A program made the position numbers and the translations under genes. Positions 35,761-49,600 of a stretch of 64,000 nt of DNA are shown one piece after another. Numbering within the stretch: the stretch's first letter is position 1; each line of letters begins with the position of its first letter. The stretch comes from Azolla caroliniana. Lineage: Eukaryota > Plantae > Polypodiophyta. The DNA is taken from assembly GCA_043228905.1 (NCBI GenBank), contig JBHGNT010000002.1, forward strand, positions 21,452,001 to 21,516,000, written 5' to 3'. The notes beneath the pieces were generated by a model, which was given only the letters and a program-made list of their open reading frames with translations, was not told the origin of the DNA and did no database searches.

Positions 35761-36410
35761 GTCGAAAAGTTCTATTCGGAGGTGGCTACGATCGGTAGGA
35801 GGGTGCAACTGGCTGGTTCACCCGAATTTGATCTTGCCGAACTGGACACAAACTTAGTTGACTGTTTGGTCGATTCTCCTCGAAGTGACTACAACCAAGT
35901 GTGTAGTAGAATTGACTGGTCTCTCCTTTGTGATGCCTAGCCAAATTGTGCACAAATTGTGATGATTGGATTATTGATTTGACTTTTTTGCCGATCCTGC
36001 TTGAAGTGACAACAACAACCAAAGGGACAGAATCGACTAGTCTTCCTAAATTAAGCACCAATTAAATTGATCAAAGTGTGAATCATAATGTTAGTGTGCC
36101 ATTTTCAGTGACGATAATGCTCCAAGTGGTTATGATAGAGGGAGGGACAAAGGCGACTGTATTCACTCTCTCTCTCTTCTGTGTGCCCATCTCTCTCCCA
36201 CCATCATTTTCTACGTTCTATAGCTCATTGGAAATCTCTTTCAGAGAGCTTTCTAACGAATGTTTAATTGCTGAGTTCCGTTACCGTGGTGAGATGTTAT
36301 GAGCATTTTCATCTGCAGCCCGCAGTTCCTTAAACTCAAGGTAGATTTTGAAACCCTTAATCGATTGAAAGGTACATTCTACTTCGTCTATCATTTTATT
36401 AATAGCAAAT

Positions 36411-39400
36411 ATGCCAAGAGGAGTAAAATTCAATGATGATGTGATTGGAAGTCCAAACAATCAAATGCATACTTTGTCAATGGAAAAGATGGCAGCTATG
36501 TATATCTCATTGCAAGAGACAATGATGCATATGCAAAGAGAAATTTATGCTTGTAAGGAGAGAGAATTAACTCTTCAACATACAATGGAAATGCAAAAGT
36601 TAGAGATTAAAGTTTTGCGTGACGAACTACAAGCACTAAAGAACATGATTATTCAAATGCAAGATAATTGGGTGCCTGAAATAGAAAGAAAAATGTTGAG
36701 TCTTCAAGCAGAAAAAGAGATTTTAGTGAATGCAAATACCGAAATAAAATCTACAATTGAAGGGAAGGAAGATGTGATCATGACAAACTGGAAAGATGTT
36801 CTCTTGAAAGAAACACCAAAAATCACGCAAAGGCATTCTAATACTATGGATGTGTTAGATGCAAAGGAGCAATATGAAATCGAAAGAAGAAAGAATAATA
36901 TTGTCATTAGAGGTATGCAAGAGAATGAAACAAAGAATTATCTCTCGGAGAGAATATTACAAAATTCTTTGAAGATCACTTTGCTATGCGAGATGTTATT
37001 GTATATGCCGCACATAGGGTTGGCAAAAAGCAACTAGAGGGAAAGTCATCTCAAGCTATTGTTTCTACAATCCTTGATGAACGTAAAAGGGCAATGATTC
37101 TAGATAGTAGTAAGGTGTACTTAAAAGGGACAAGTTTTTTTGTAACAGATGATAGTTCACTCCACAAGAGCAAGAACATAGAAGGCAAGCATATGCATCT
37201 AGGAAAGCAAATCAAAATGCATAGCAAGCAATGAGCTATGGGACTATAAGTGCTTCACGATTGAAAGTAATGTTTTGGAATTGTAGAGAATATCCATGGA
37301 ATAAGGGTTTAGGATTTAATGGCGTAGCTCAAGGTATGAATATTATATTTTTGGCTGAAACATGGAAGCATGAGGAAAAACGTATACCTAAGATAGATGG
37401 TTACATCATAAAATCGACATGGCCTCACTCCAAAGGGAATATTGGCGTGCCGGGATAGCATGTATCTACCATGAGAGCTTAGATAATTCTATCAAAGTAT
37501 GCAATATGATGACTATAAGAGATACATATGGATAGAGGTTGATTTGGGGAAAGAGAAGTTGTATATAGTTGCATGTTACATTCCTCACAAAGACTCAAAC
37601 TACTATAGTAGGTTTGGGTTAGATTGTGACAATCCTTTTACATAATTATGCCATGATATAATTTCATTTGAGAAGCTTGGTAACGTTTTAATTATGGGAG
37701 ACTTCAATGCAAGAGTTGGAAATTTCCAAAATGTGGTGACATTTGAAGAAAATGTTGTAGAACATTGTCTATTGCATGACTCAGAGGATTGTGTCATGTC
37801 AAATTATGGAAAACTTTTGATACATATGCTAAATTGCACAAACTTGATTATCATAAATGGTATAAAGTCATTCTCATTGACAAATGTGTTCACATGTTTA
37901 CCATCCTCAGGTGGAGGAAGTGTGATTGATTATGCATTAACGTTGGCATGTGATCTATCATTGATGAATGTGTTTAAGGTTGGTTCTCTATCTCCAGACT
38001 CAGACCACAAGTCATTGTATATAAAGCTTGGAATTCCACATTTCACCAATAGATGCCATGGAGTGAGAGAGGAAAAGAGATGTATCATCTGACCTTGCTA
38101 CGAAAAAGCTAAGATATATACAAATGAAGTGGAGAACCATTTGTTAAATTTTTCTCTAAGCAACGATGTTAAAGAAAATTGGTTACAAACTTACATTTGA
38201 AGGATATCATCCTTAAGGTTGGATATCAATACTTTACGAGGCATGGGGGTGGGCATAAGATGTGTAGTTTTCCATGTATTTCTTGGTTCGACAATGAATG
38301 TAAGATGTATCTCAAATGGTTTAAGTCCATAGAAGGGGAAAATGAAAATATTGTTGCATGGCACCTATATAAGAAAGTAGTGAGGATAAAGAAAAGAAGA
38401 TATTTCCAAATGCAAGAGATGAAAAAGAAAAACTTGTTTAAGCTCAAACCAAAATTAGCATGGGGACAACTCAAGGGTAAGAAAGAAGATGTGAAATGTC
38501 ACTTTACAAATGAAGAGATGTTAGACTAAGTACAAAGACTATATATGCATGAAGGTGTGGCTCCTATGGTTGAGAAAATTGAAACACCATGCACTACATG
38601 TATTGATATAGATGATGTCAATAAGGGAATAAAGAGGACAGCGAGTGGGAAAGCAGCAGATGCAACATACATCTCAAGTGAGCTTTTAAAATGGGCAATG
38701 CCACATACTCGTCATTGGATAATGACAATTATAGAGCAAGCTATAAAACAAGGATTTCCAAATGATTGGCTTATGAATTGGATTAAACCAATATTTAAAG
38801 CTGGAGATAAGAATCAAGTATCAAATTATCGTACAATAATGGTGCGCTCAACTATTGCTAAATTATATAGCACTATTATGTAGCAAAAGATTAGCAAAGG
38901 GGCTGAAAGTACAAGCAAAAGAGCACTTGGGCAAGCAGGATTTAGATCAAAACACTCCAATGTGGATCATTTGGTCACATTGAGAGTAATCATGGAAGAG
39001 AGTCGACCACAAGGAAAAGCACTTTATTGTTGTTTTGTTGATTTTAAGAAAGCTTTTGATACCGTACCACAAAGTGGGCTTTGGAATAGAATTGTGGATA
39101 GTGGATTCTCAAAGCACTTTTTAAGTAACATGGGGGTCAAGCAAGGATGTCCACTATCACCCACACTCTTTGGCTTATGTATAATTGATAAATTAGAAGA
39201 AGTGGCGAATAAGGTTGCAAGAGAAGAAGGGTTGAATGCCTCCAAATTGATGCAACATGTTATCTTATTGCTTATATATGCAGATGATGTGGTACTCTTC
39301 TCATATGATGTTGATAGTATGCAACATTTACTTGGGGTATTAGAAGAATTTTGCCATAGTAGTGCACAAGCAGTGAATGTGGAGAAAACAAAAATGATGC

Positions 39401-40574
39401 TAGTGCAAACCATCCACCCTCATCATTACCCTATGCTCACATATAGAGGAGAACATATACAATTTGTTCGAAGCTTTAAATATCTTGGTATTGACGTACC
39501 TGCCACAAATAAATAGAGTGCATGCTTTGATTCTAGGCTCCAAACCAGTTGGAAATCGTATTACCTTTTGGAGAACCAATGCAACCAAAGTGATGCTTTT
39601 GGATGGGAAGTAAAACTAATGTTGTTCAATGCCGTGGTAACTCAAGTATTACTTTATGGAGTAGAAGTATGAGGTGGCACCATCTCTCTTAATGCATGGA
39701 ATGAGATTGAGAAAATTCAAAAGATGTTTTTAAGGAGGCAATTAGGAGTTAAATGCACTACCTCTTACCAAGTTATGCTCTTGGAAACAGGTGTTTGACC
39801 CATAGAACTATTAGCACTCCAAAGAGTATATAAATACATTACAAAAGTCAAGAATATACCGAATCATCGATTACCACATCTTGCTTGGAATGTTGGATGT
39901 AAGCTACAAAAGAATCATAAAAGTAAGATTCTCTCATCTGGTTGGATTGTTGACATAAGGAAATGGTTTAGAAGATGGGGTGTGGATGATCTTTTAGAGC
40001 TTTTGGAAGGTTGGTGGAATCATTAAAGATGAAGTGGGAAGATGCTAAGAGGACAATGCTAGAATACTACATTGCAAATGTCAACCCTGAATGTTGGTCT
40101 CAATATAAAGCAAGAATGCCTATTGATCGTATCCAACCTTCTCTCATTACCAATATGAGTAGTAACGCTCGTAGAGCCCTTACACTACTTCGCACTCGAT
40201 CTCACAAGTTAGGTGTTGAAGTTGCATCATGGTATCAAAATGTAACGGACTTGAAGACATGCAAAGTATGCAATGAAGGCATGGTAGAGGATGAATGTCA
40301 CTTTCTCTTCACATGCTCGACATATAGTGCAATTCGTTCAAGATATGTTGACATACTAAAAGGGAGTGATATCTTAACTGTCATACTTAAGACACCACCA
40401 AGAAGGTTGAGCTCATATGTGTATGCTTTATTCACACCTAGAGACTTTGTGCTTCAATGTATGAATACCCCTTCTTAGGAAGGAGACACATATCAAGAAC
40501 ACATGTATACTCTGGTCCCATAGATCAAAATTGGCCTCTTTATGGACGATAAGAAATTCTAATTCTAATTCTAA
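36411..40574 (+). mobile_element. Near full-length LINE (RTEX-like/L2-CR1 group), degenerate
   Basis: ORF1 coiled coil + ERRKNNIVIRG; ORF2 APE (MFWN, FLAETW, MGDFNAR, SVIDY, SDHK), RT (NYRTI, FVDFKKAFD, GVKQGCPLSP, YADD), C-terminal CKVC..EDECHFLFTC; (AATTCT)n tail ~40555-40574. Confidence 0.85.
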
Positions 40575-41743
40575 CAAATGACATCAGATTTGAAGCTTAT
40601 TCTGCTTCGATTGGTTACAACAATTGAATGGGCAAAGCCAACTGTCTTGTTCGAATGTTGCTAAAACAAGAACAACATCTATGTTAAATTGATCACCAAG
40701 TTAACAAGTTAAAGCAAGATCAAGGACATAGAGTGTGAGAAACAGAGAAAAAGAGGCACACAATGTAATAGTCTTATTCCAAAGGTTACAATACAAGAAT
40801 GTCATTATAAACAACATTATGAACTAGGTTACAAAGCCAGATATATACTAACTAGGCTAGGGCAATTGCCTTTGACATATTTACGTTATTGTCCTAAACC
40901 TAGTCTGTCCAAGGACAGAGTGAATATGGCCATTATACACCCGTATTCAACATACCATATGACCTGGTGTGGTTAGTGCTAAACCTCGATGACCTCGATG
41001 ACCTTGACAACCAAGAACACGAAGACTTGCAAGCAACATGTCACGAGGTCAACGAGGCAAGGGAAGTAGATGGGTTGTCACATTTGGCCCACCATTTTTT
41101 GCACATACAAGAGGATGTGTGATTTGGTGGGAGTGGATGTCGTGATGTGGCGTGCCCAAAGAAGGGAAAGTGGCTAAAAACAAGATAAGGAATGTGTGAA
41201 AAATTAAGAGAGAGAATTTGTAGCACTTTAGAAAAGAAGGGGGGAAAGAGAAGGCACAAACTGTGTAAATAAATATATAGAAAGATAAATGAATGGCCTA
41301 GTGGTTAGTGTCATTCATCTAGTACTATAGGTGCAGAGTTTGAATTTTTAACATAATGATTGTGACTAAGGACTATTATTCCTTTTCCTCTTTTTCGAAA
41401 AGAAGAGGGGATATATGCATTTAATGCAAATGAGGTGCCTTCTTCCTATAAGAAGAGTGGGGAGCTCATTTAGGGGTTCAACATATTAGCATTTTGTTGG
41501 GACTTGTGGGGATTTTGACTTTGGGAAGAGGAGGAGCTCTCGACACTCCTGATTTTTTACATTCAAAAGGGAGAGGTTGCCCACGTTCGGTGTTGCTCGT
41601 GGTCTTCAATATCTTCGAGCTCGTTGCATCAAGGAAACAAGGAGGTGGTAAGCTAGCAGACTAGTCATTCACAGGGACAACGGAGTGGCACGAGAACTCT
41701 AGCCAGATTCGAGGCATTGTAGCCATCAGAGGTAGTTGCGGTT

Positions 41744-43050
41744 TGTTGAGATACCAAGCTCAACTAGGTTCGCTCGTGCTATTAAAGGTAGAATCTAATT
41801 AATTTAGAAGCTAGTGAAGTTAGAATTTAGGGCTCATGAATGAGCCGATCGTACTCTTGTCATCCCTCTACCTTTATAAGGTGTTGTATATAAGAGGAAT
41901 ATAAGGCTTTATATATAAGATGCTCTTTGAGCATACTTGTAGGTACTAATGTTTTGGTTAATGAAGAAGTGTTTTGTTTTGGCGTATACTCTGTGTAAAT
42001 ATTGTCTTCATCTCTATGTATTCTCTATTTTCTGTTCCTAGTTTTTGGTCTCTATGATATATCAATCTATTTGACAGAGCTGATAGTGTGATTACTTCCG
42101 CAAAAAAAGCTAGTTGAGATTCTTTACATGGTATCAGAGTGCAAGGGTTCAAACTAATCCTCTGCAACCAGCATTTGTTGTGACATAAAGCTTTGGTAGT
42201 TGGCCTACAAAAGGATGGACAAAAATATGGGAAGTGCATTGCCGATGGAGAAGTTGGAGAGGAGTAACTACGCATCTTGAGAATACAAGATGCACTAGTA
42301 TCTACTTGGACATGGATACTAGAGTTACATAGACAAAGCCAACGAAGAAGTGTCGGAGTATACACACAAGGAATTCCTGACATGGGACCAAGCAGCAAGC
42401 AGGGTGCTTTGTTGTCTAGCATCTTGTGTACAAGATCAAATGCTCGACTACATAAGAGATGAGAGGACACCAAAAGAGGCATGGGAAAATCAAAAGAAGA
42501 TTTTCGCCACTAGCATCACAACTAGGAAGTTGCAACTCAAGCAAGAGCTCAAAAACATCCGACAAAAGGATACGTCGGTGGCTGACTATACCTCCAAGAC
42601 CAAGGATATCTATCACGTTGTGGGCTCCATCAACGTGACGGTGGAGGAAGAGGAAATGGTGCAGATTTACTGTTCAAGACGATCGTCTGTACAAGAGAAA
42701 AGCCACCCTCCTTCTTCGGCCTATACAATCCATGTTGTTGGTAAAGAAACCCATGCAAGGGGGAATGAGGAATACGTCCTTTAACAGTCAAATGTTGTGC
42801 ATGGGGGCAGGTAAACCAATATCAAAGGAGCGGCGGCCAAAACCAATAGAAGACTGATGCTCGACATGATAATAGTCAACGACCCTCCATGAGAAGGGGG
42901 ATTCATAGTTGCGCTGCAAGTCGACAGAGTCGGTTGACAAATTGTTGGTATTGTGGCAAGAAAGGCCACTAGGAAGAAGATTGCTAGAAGAAGCAGGCCG
43001 ATACAGGTAGGGCCAAATTGGAAAGTAGCACAGGCACACACGTTTATGCG
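41744..43050 (+). mobile_element. Truncated Copia (LTR 41744-42128, PBS, gag remnant)
   Basis: TGTTGAGATACCAAGCTCAACTAG like the LTR at 23817; TGGTATCAGAG at 42129; gag WDQAASRVLCCLASCV..TPKEAWEN; CWYCGKKGH. Confidence 0.8.
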
Positions 43051-43694
43051 AAACATTGAATTTTTTGTCCACTTTCTCTAAGTAAGTTTCTCACTTTCTC
43101 TTTCTATCCCTTTTTGTACATATATCTCAATTTTCAAATGTTGCAGGTAGGAAAGTGAGGCAATAAACATGATTACAATGATGAGGGAGGAGAATTTGCA
43201 AAAGAACAAAAGGTTTCCTCCCTCTCCATTTTATTTGTGGCTTAGAATTACGTGGGTTTGATCGGCACTTGGTAAGTAGAATTGCATTTGGCATGTTTCG
43301 CCACTATTTTGCATAGCACATGATTTTCGTGAACACTACATTCCCCATTCACTGTATGAGCTTTAAATAATTGTTTGATACTCTCAAGAACTAATCTAGA
43401 GAAAAGGAATCAAAATCCAATATTCTAAATTTCGTACACACATTGGTTCAAATAAATTATAATAGTGAAATGTAGTGATATAAGGTTTTATGTTACTATT
43501 ATGTCGTATGATATGAGATTTTATTTTATATATGTTGAAATTGGCAATAAAATATGTTTTTGTTAACAAGTTATAATGTGAATAGTAAAATACCGTGACA
43601 TAAGGTTTTATGTTACTATTATGTCATTAAGTTATGATGTATGATATGAAATTTTATTGTATCTATGTTTGTGTTAACAAGTTATAATGTGAAT

Positions 43695-44651
43695 GGCGTA
43701 CATTGGGCATCCCTAATGAGGTGCTCATTACCTTTTGGAAGGGTCTCTGGCGTCTCCACTTGCCGGAAAAGATAAAGTTTTTTTGGTGGCAAATCGGTCA
43801 TAATGTGGTTCCCGTTGGCGAATGGCTGGGTAAACGTGGCTGCCCACTTTGCCATTCACCTATTGAGACTTTGAGGCATTGTCTATGGGATTGCCCTTAC
43901 GCTCAAAAGGTATGGGATAGAGTGACTCGCCTCCTTGCGGCATATGAAGTGGAAGGAACAACATCGTAGAATGTTGCGGCATGGCTTGATCACTCTGGTG
44001 ATAGGTGAACGGACGCCTTCAATGCGGATAGTTGGTGCTATGTATGCATAAGAGGAAAAATCGCCAAGATTTGATTTGAGAGAGGCTTGCAATCCGCATC
44101 CCCTAGGTTCCTGGACATTTGGATGCTGATCGCAGGCTTCACCCTGTGGTATGTATGGAAAGCACGTTGCCTAAAGGTCTTCCAAGATCTGGTGCGACCC
44201 CCGGAGGAAGTGATCATGGACATATGGTTTGCGCTTATTAGCTGCCTACAAGGGCAATTGCACGAGGTTTGCAACCATTCCTCTAACGTGGGTACTGCCC
44301 ATTTGCGCTTTTGGCAGAAATGGCGGAACACGCCTATGGTGACACAAGGAGGAAGTGGCCCGAGGTGGAACTACCAGCCCCCACGCTGGCTGTTTCCGGC
44401 TCACTTACCACCCTCCCTCTGTTGTCGACCCCAAGAGTTGTCTCGTACTAGCCATCACTGCAGGGCACTGTTTTAGCTATAGGTACTTACACTAAGTAGT
44501 CAGTCTGAAAGGCGATGTAACTAGTCTCAATTTCTTGAACTTGATCGGAGGGGGATTCCCCGATCTCTGTTTAAGCCTCCTTGTACAATCTCTTTGTAAT
44601 AATCCTACCTAACTAATGGGAAAGTAGCTTCATTTTGGAAAAGAAAAAAAG
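43695..44651 (+). mobile_element. 5'-truncated L1/Tx1-type LINE
   Basis: zf-RVT LWRLHLPEKIKFFWW..CPLC..ETLRHCLWDC; A-rich tail; 16-bp TSD AAGTTATAATGTGAAT at 43679-43694 and 44652-44667. Confidence 0.88.
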
Positions 44652-45506
44652 AAGTTATAATGTGAATATAAAACGATAAACATGTTTCTTTGTTACCCTT
44701 AAAACAATTCCATAATTATGGTATATAAAATACATTCAACATGAAGATGATTAGGAATGAAAAGATATGGACCATATCAAACTAGACACAATTATGAAGC
44801 ATTACCTTTATACATCACAAAGGAGACTTTAGTCCTATAGGGTATAACTAAATGGTTGATTTCATAAAGGAGACTTTAGTCCTATCGAATATGAAGACTA
44901 TATGCAGTCATGAATTATTATAAATGATTTTCAATTAAATAAATGGATAATATATGTCAATGACTTGCCATGAGCTTGTCCAACAACATGATGTGCTAAA
45001 TATAATGTAAATGGCAATTACATTTGGATCAACCCTTGACCATTTTATTATATTGTTACATAAACATACGGTTGTTAGTCATGATGTAATAAAAAATACT
45101 AGAACATGCAAATAAATATATACTTTAAAACTTATTATAGAGATACAACTTTCCCCAAACACAATTGTATCAATAAAAATGTAAAAGCAGTTACAGGAAG
45201 GTTTAACTTTTGTTTTTAACTTGTTTACGAGGTTATTTGCTTATAGTGAAAAAAATGAGATTTTTGGTTGTGTGGCTTTTACATGTTCTATATTAATATG
45301 CATGTATTATTTGTGCCTCACCATGCGCGTTCAAAGCATTAAATGACATGTCATTGAGGAATTTCTTGCATACACTCCTTTTGTCTCCTATGTTTCATTA
45401 TCTCAAGGGGTGGCTTATCTGAACCTAAATTCTTGAGATAAATATCACGAATCTTAGTTAACTATTCAATATTACGATAACCACTTTGTGAAACGAAGCA
45501 TAGTAA

Positions 45507-45987
45507 TAACAATCGGCAACGATTTGGTTTGAACCGAATCGAACAGCAAAACCGTGGCTTAACGACTTAACGGTTGAAATTGTTCTCTTCAAGTTCAAGT
45601 TTATGGAAACAACTCAGTTTTGATTTGGTTCGTTTTGGGTGTTTACCGGTTCAATTCTGTTTGGTTCGAGCCTTTATTGGTTCATCAATGGTTTAAACAG
45701 TTTCAAAAATTAAAATATGAAATATTTAAAATTAAAACATGAAATGTTCAAATTTGACCTAACTTGGAAACCAAAACTGACTCGCAAAACCGTGAAACCA
45801 TGGTTAAGGGTTTAAAGGTTTGAGAGTATCTAAAACCGATTGGTTTGAGCTTGATTTTCTTTGTAAATGGTTAAATGGTTTCATGGTTTGGTTTGGTCGG
45901 TTTCAGTTTCAATTTTTGTAAATGGTTTGGATTATAACAGTTTGAGTTCAACACTCTTGAACCAAATTGAACCATTGTCGATTGTTA
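45507..45987. mobile_element. hAT-type MITE
   Basis: TIR TAACAATCG(G/A)CAA..; 8-bp TSD CATAGTAA at 45499-45506 and 45988-45995; internal AACCG/CGGTT motifs. Confidence 0.85.
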
Positions 45988-46682
45988 CATAGTAATTACA
46001 TCTTTGTTTTTTGTAGTATATTTCATGGATCCTTATATAGGAATTTCGAAATTCTTGCCACCAAATAAGAATGTGAGCAAACAATAACAATAGAATATCA
46101 AGTTTTGGGTACAATACACGAAAACACATTTCTATCAATATTCGTCCATCCCACTTGGCAATTCTTGGTTGGATTCGTTTCCTCAAGTAAAAGTAGACAG
46201 ATCTAAGAACTCATCATCGATGGTTAATGAATAAAATACTAGAGCCTATAGAAAGTCAACTTCAACATACATACATCGTGATCGGACATCCATTCATATG
46301 AGATGTAACTAAATAAATTTTAAGTCAATAAATAGATATTCAATAACAAGGCAATGAATCTAACATGGAATCCATTTGAAAATTTCATCTTATTTTTACT
46401 TTAATGAACACTTTCCAAGTCAACGAGTAGATAACAATGAAAAGGATATAAATGTTTATTGAGAGCTTTTGATCCCAACACCTCTATTCTTTGTGGTTAT
46501 TCTCACTATGCTTTGCACCCCATTCTCCCATTCTTCCCTTCCCCCTAAGAACTAGAGTTGAATGGTCACACCTTACCAAAGATTACTCTATATCATCCAT
46601 ATCCTCCACTATGTATTGTACCATTCAATCTTCTTGTTCAGTTTTGGCCACTTATCCCAATTGTTGGTCACAATATTCTTCT

Positions 46683-49600
46683 ATGAAGTATGCCCTCCTA
46701 TTGGCCATGACTGTATTCATAATCTCCATCATCACACCTTTGCCCATTCTTGCAGATGATAATACCAACTTGAAGATTTTGGTCCCTTTGAAACTAGGAT
46801 TTAAAGAGTATTTGCAATGGCAATCCTCAGAAATACCCATCACACCTAATTCAACTGTCAATTTCTCCGGCTTTGCCATTGATGTCTTCCAAGCATGTAT
46901 TGACAAACTTAGTTACAAGGTTAACTATACACTTATTGCCTATGGTGATGGCGTCATTAACCCAAGCTATCAAGGCCTTGTGGATAAGATTGTCTCTCAG
47001 GTACTACTTATGATAAACTTTCATCTTAACTTACATGCTCACAAATGATATTTAGTTATTATTGGACCGAATGTTATGAATCAATGAATTAGTTTATTTT
47101 CTATGCTACATATAACTAGATTGAGTGTGGGTTGCATAGAAATATGTGCATGCATGCATGAATAGGTGATTGAGAAGACACAAAGGACCACGAAAAATTC
47201 AAGTTGTGCTACTTGGGCAATGGTATTTTTCCTTATGAAATATGTCAGAGCTTCATGGAACATAAACTAATCCACTTTGAAGGTGAATGTACGAAATTGA
47301 AAACATTACAAGAAGCAAAGATTTTAGACAACTATAGGGAACTAGGTTTAGGTTAGAATGTGAGCCTAAGCTGCCTACCAACTAATATTTTCTATAGATA
47401 TCATAGATTACATTGTAAGTGGTTTAGACCATGCAATAGATGATATTAATTTTTCTATTTGTTGCGATTGTAATTCAGTTATAAAAAAACTTGTTGGTAT
47501 ATTGCATGTCAATAGACCCCATCATCATACCTTTTAATTTTACAATACTTTCACAACATCATGTTTCCCTTTCCTTTACAATTCTTGATCTTTACCTTGA
47601 AATACATGCATTCTCATTTATAATCCATAAACCCGAACAACTAGTGAACCAAGGCTTGAGCTATGTTAGTGAATGGATGGGTTTTGGATTTTGAGGTGTT
47701 AAACATTTGGATGATGAGATCTCTAAACCACATTATTGTAGGTACGATCTTATGATCATATTTCCTTAAAAAAGTTTATGGAATCTAAGTTCAAGAAAAG
47801 AAGTGATCAAAATAAGATATTCATTTTGTTAAGTACAACCAGACCCAACAAACTCACTTGTGCATTTGCCAAAATCAGCTCTTCCTTTACTTTTTGGTCA
47901 AGATAAACAATATAGAAAAATGTTAGGGCCATAGTCTAGCTATACAATATTTTGAGAGAGATTTTCGAAGAAAAGAACCTTTCAAAGAACAAAAAACTTG
48001 TGAAGTATAGATTTTCGAGAGAATGAGCATTTAGAAATAGCTTAACATGTGAGCCTTTGATATATTTGGATAACATCAAGGGGGCTAACTCATTTTTTCA
48101 AAACATTTGAGGGATTTACTCGTTCAAAGAGTGAGTTTCTCAAAGGGGACGTATTGGAAGAACAAAAAAATTGTGAGGCAAGGCATTTGGAAAAAATGAG
48201 CTTTTAGAAATAGCTTAAGAAGAAGGTATTTGATTTGTATAGGACAACTTCAACGGGGTAATTGATGATTGATTTTGAGAGAAGAATATTGTATTGTGAT
48301 TGTAATCCATTAGATCTTGTTCAAATTGGGAAGTTGTCCTCTCATCGTTAATGGCCTCTCCTTGAAGAGGAAAAGGCAATGGGAGATCATCATGTCAATT
48401 GAAATGTTTGTCTAATTTAAGTTGTGTAACTCCTCTAGGCTTGCAATATATTAGGCAAAATTGCATTTGCAAAAATATGGTCTTCCTTTAATTTTTTATT
48501 AAGATAAACAATATAGGAAAAGAATGGGGTCATAGTCTAGCAACACAACATTTTGAGAGAGATTTTCAAAGGAACTTGAGCTTAACTAGTGAGCCTTTGA
48601 TATATTTGGATAACATCGAGGGGGTGAACTCATTGTTTGGAAATGTTTGAGGGAGTAACTCATTCCACGAGCAAGTTTCTCAAAGGGAAACTATTCAAAG
48701 AACATAAAAATTGTGAGCAAGGCTTTTGGAGAGAATGAGCATTTAGAAATAGCTTAAGAAGAAGATCTTTGATTTGTCTAGGACAACTTCTATGGGGTAA
48801 TTGATGATCAATTTTGAGAGAAGAATATTGTACTGTGATTGGAATCAATTAGATCTTGTTCTAATTGGGAAATTCTCATATCATCGTTAATGGCCTCTCC
48901 TTGAAGAGTAAAAGGCAATGGGTGATCCTTATAACCTTAAATAACGTCAATCTTAGTTTTCATCTTTAAATAAAACTTTGATTGTGTTTAGTCTCAAATA
49001 TGTAATAATTATTCCATTTGGGTTAAAGTCTAGGATCATAGCATATATTCGGGTTGATAGGATATTAATCCAAAGATACTAGAAGTTTTTCACCACTTTT
49101 AATGAACTCCCTTATAACCTTTAATAACGTCAATCTTAGTTGTCATCTTTTAATAAAACTTTGATTGTGTTTAGTCTCAAATATGTAATAATTATTCCAT
49201 TTGGGTTAAAGTCTAGGCTCATAGCATATATTCGGGTTGATAGGATATTAATCCAAAGATACTTGAAGCTTTTAACCACTTTTAATGAACTCCCTTGTAT
49301 ATTGTAAAAGTGGGGTAGTTTGTTGTTATTGCCATCATTTAGGTCGTTGATTAGACAAATTATCTGAAGTGTTATATATCAACCACATTATCTGAGAATA
49401 ACATAACATCATTGGCTGATTATAAAATAATGCTATTGCATGAGTTTTGGGCCATTTAACCTTTTTTTAGTTTATCAATGCATAGAAAACTGAGTGGATA
49501 TCCCTGGACCCTACTTGACCTTATGTTGATCAAGAAGTACTTCGAGAAACCCTTATCCATTTTCAATCACCATCTAACTTGCTTATGCAGCTATGCATTA

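Noticed and set aside
40656-40952. Solo LTR (TGTTG..CAACA)
   Set aside because: Flanks TCGAA/TACCA give no TSD and there is no partner in the window
46491-46682. Upstream in-frame extension as remnant GLR ATD
   Set aside because: Starts at TTG, Ser/Tyr-rich with no recognisable ATD motifs; the signal peptide begins at ATG 46683
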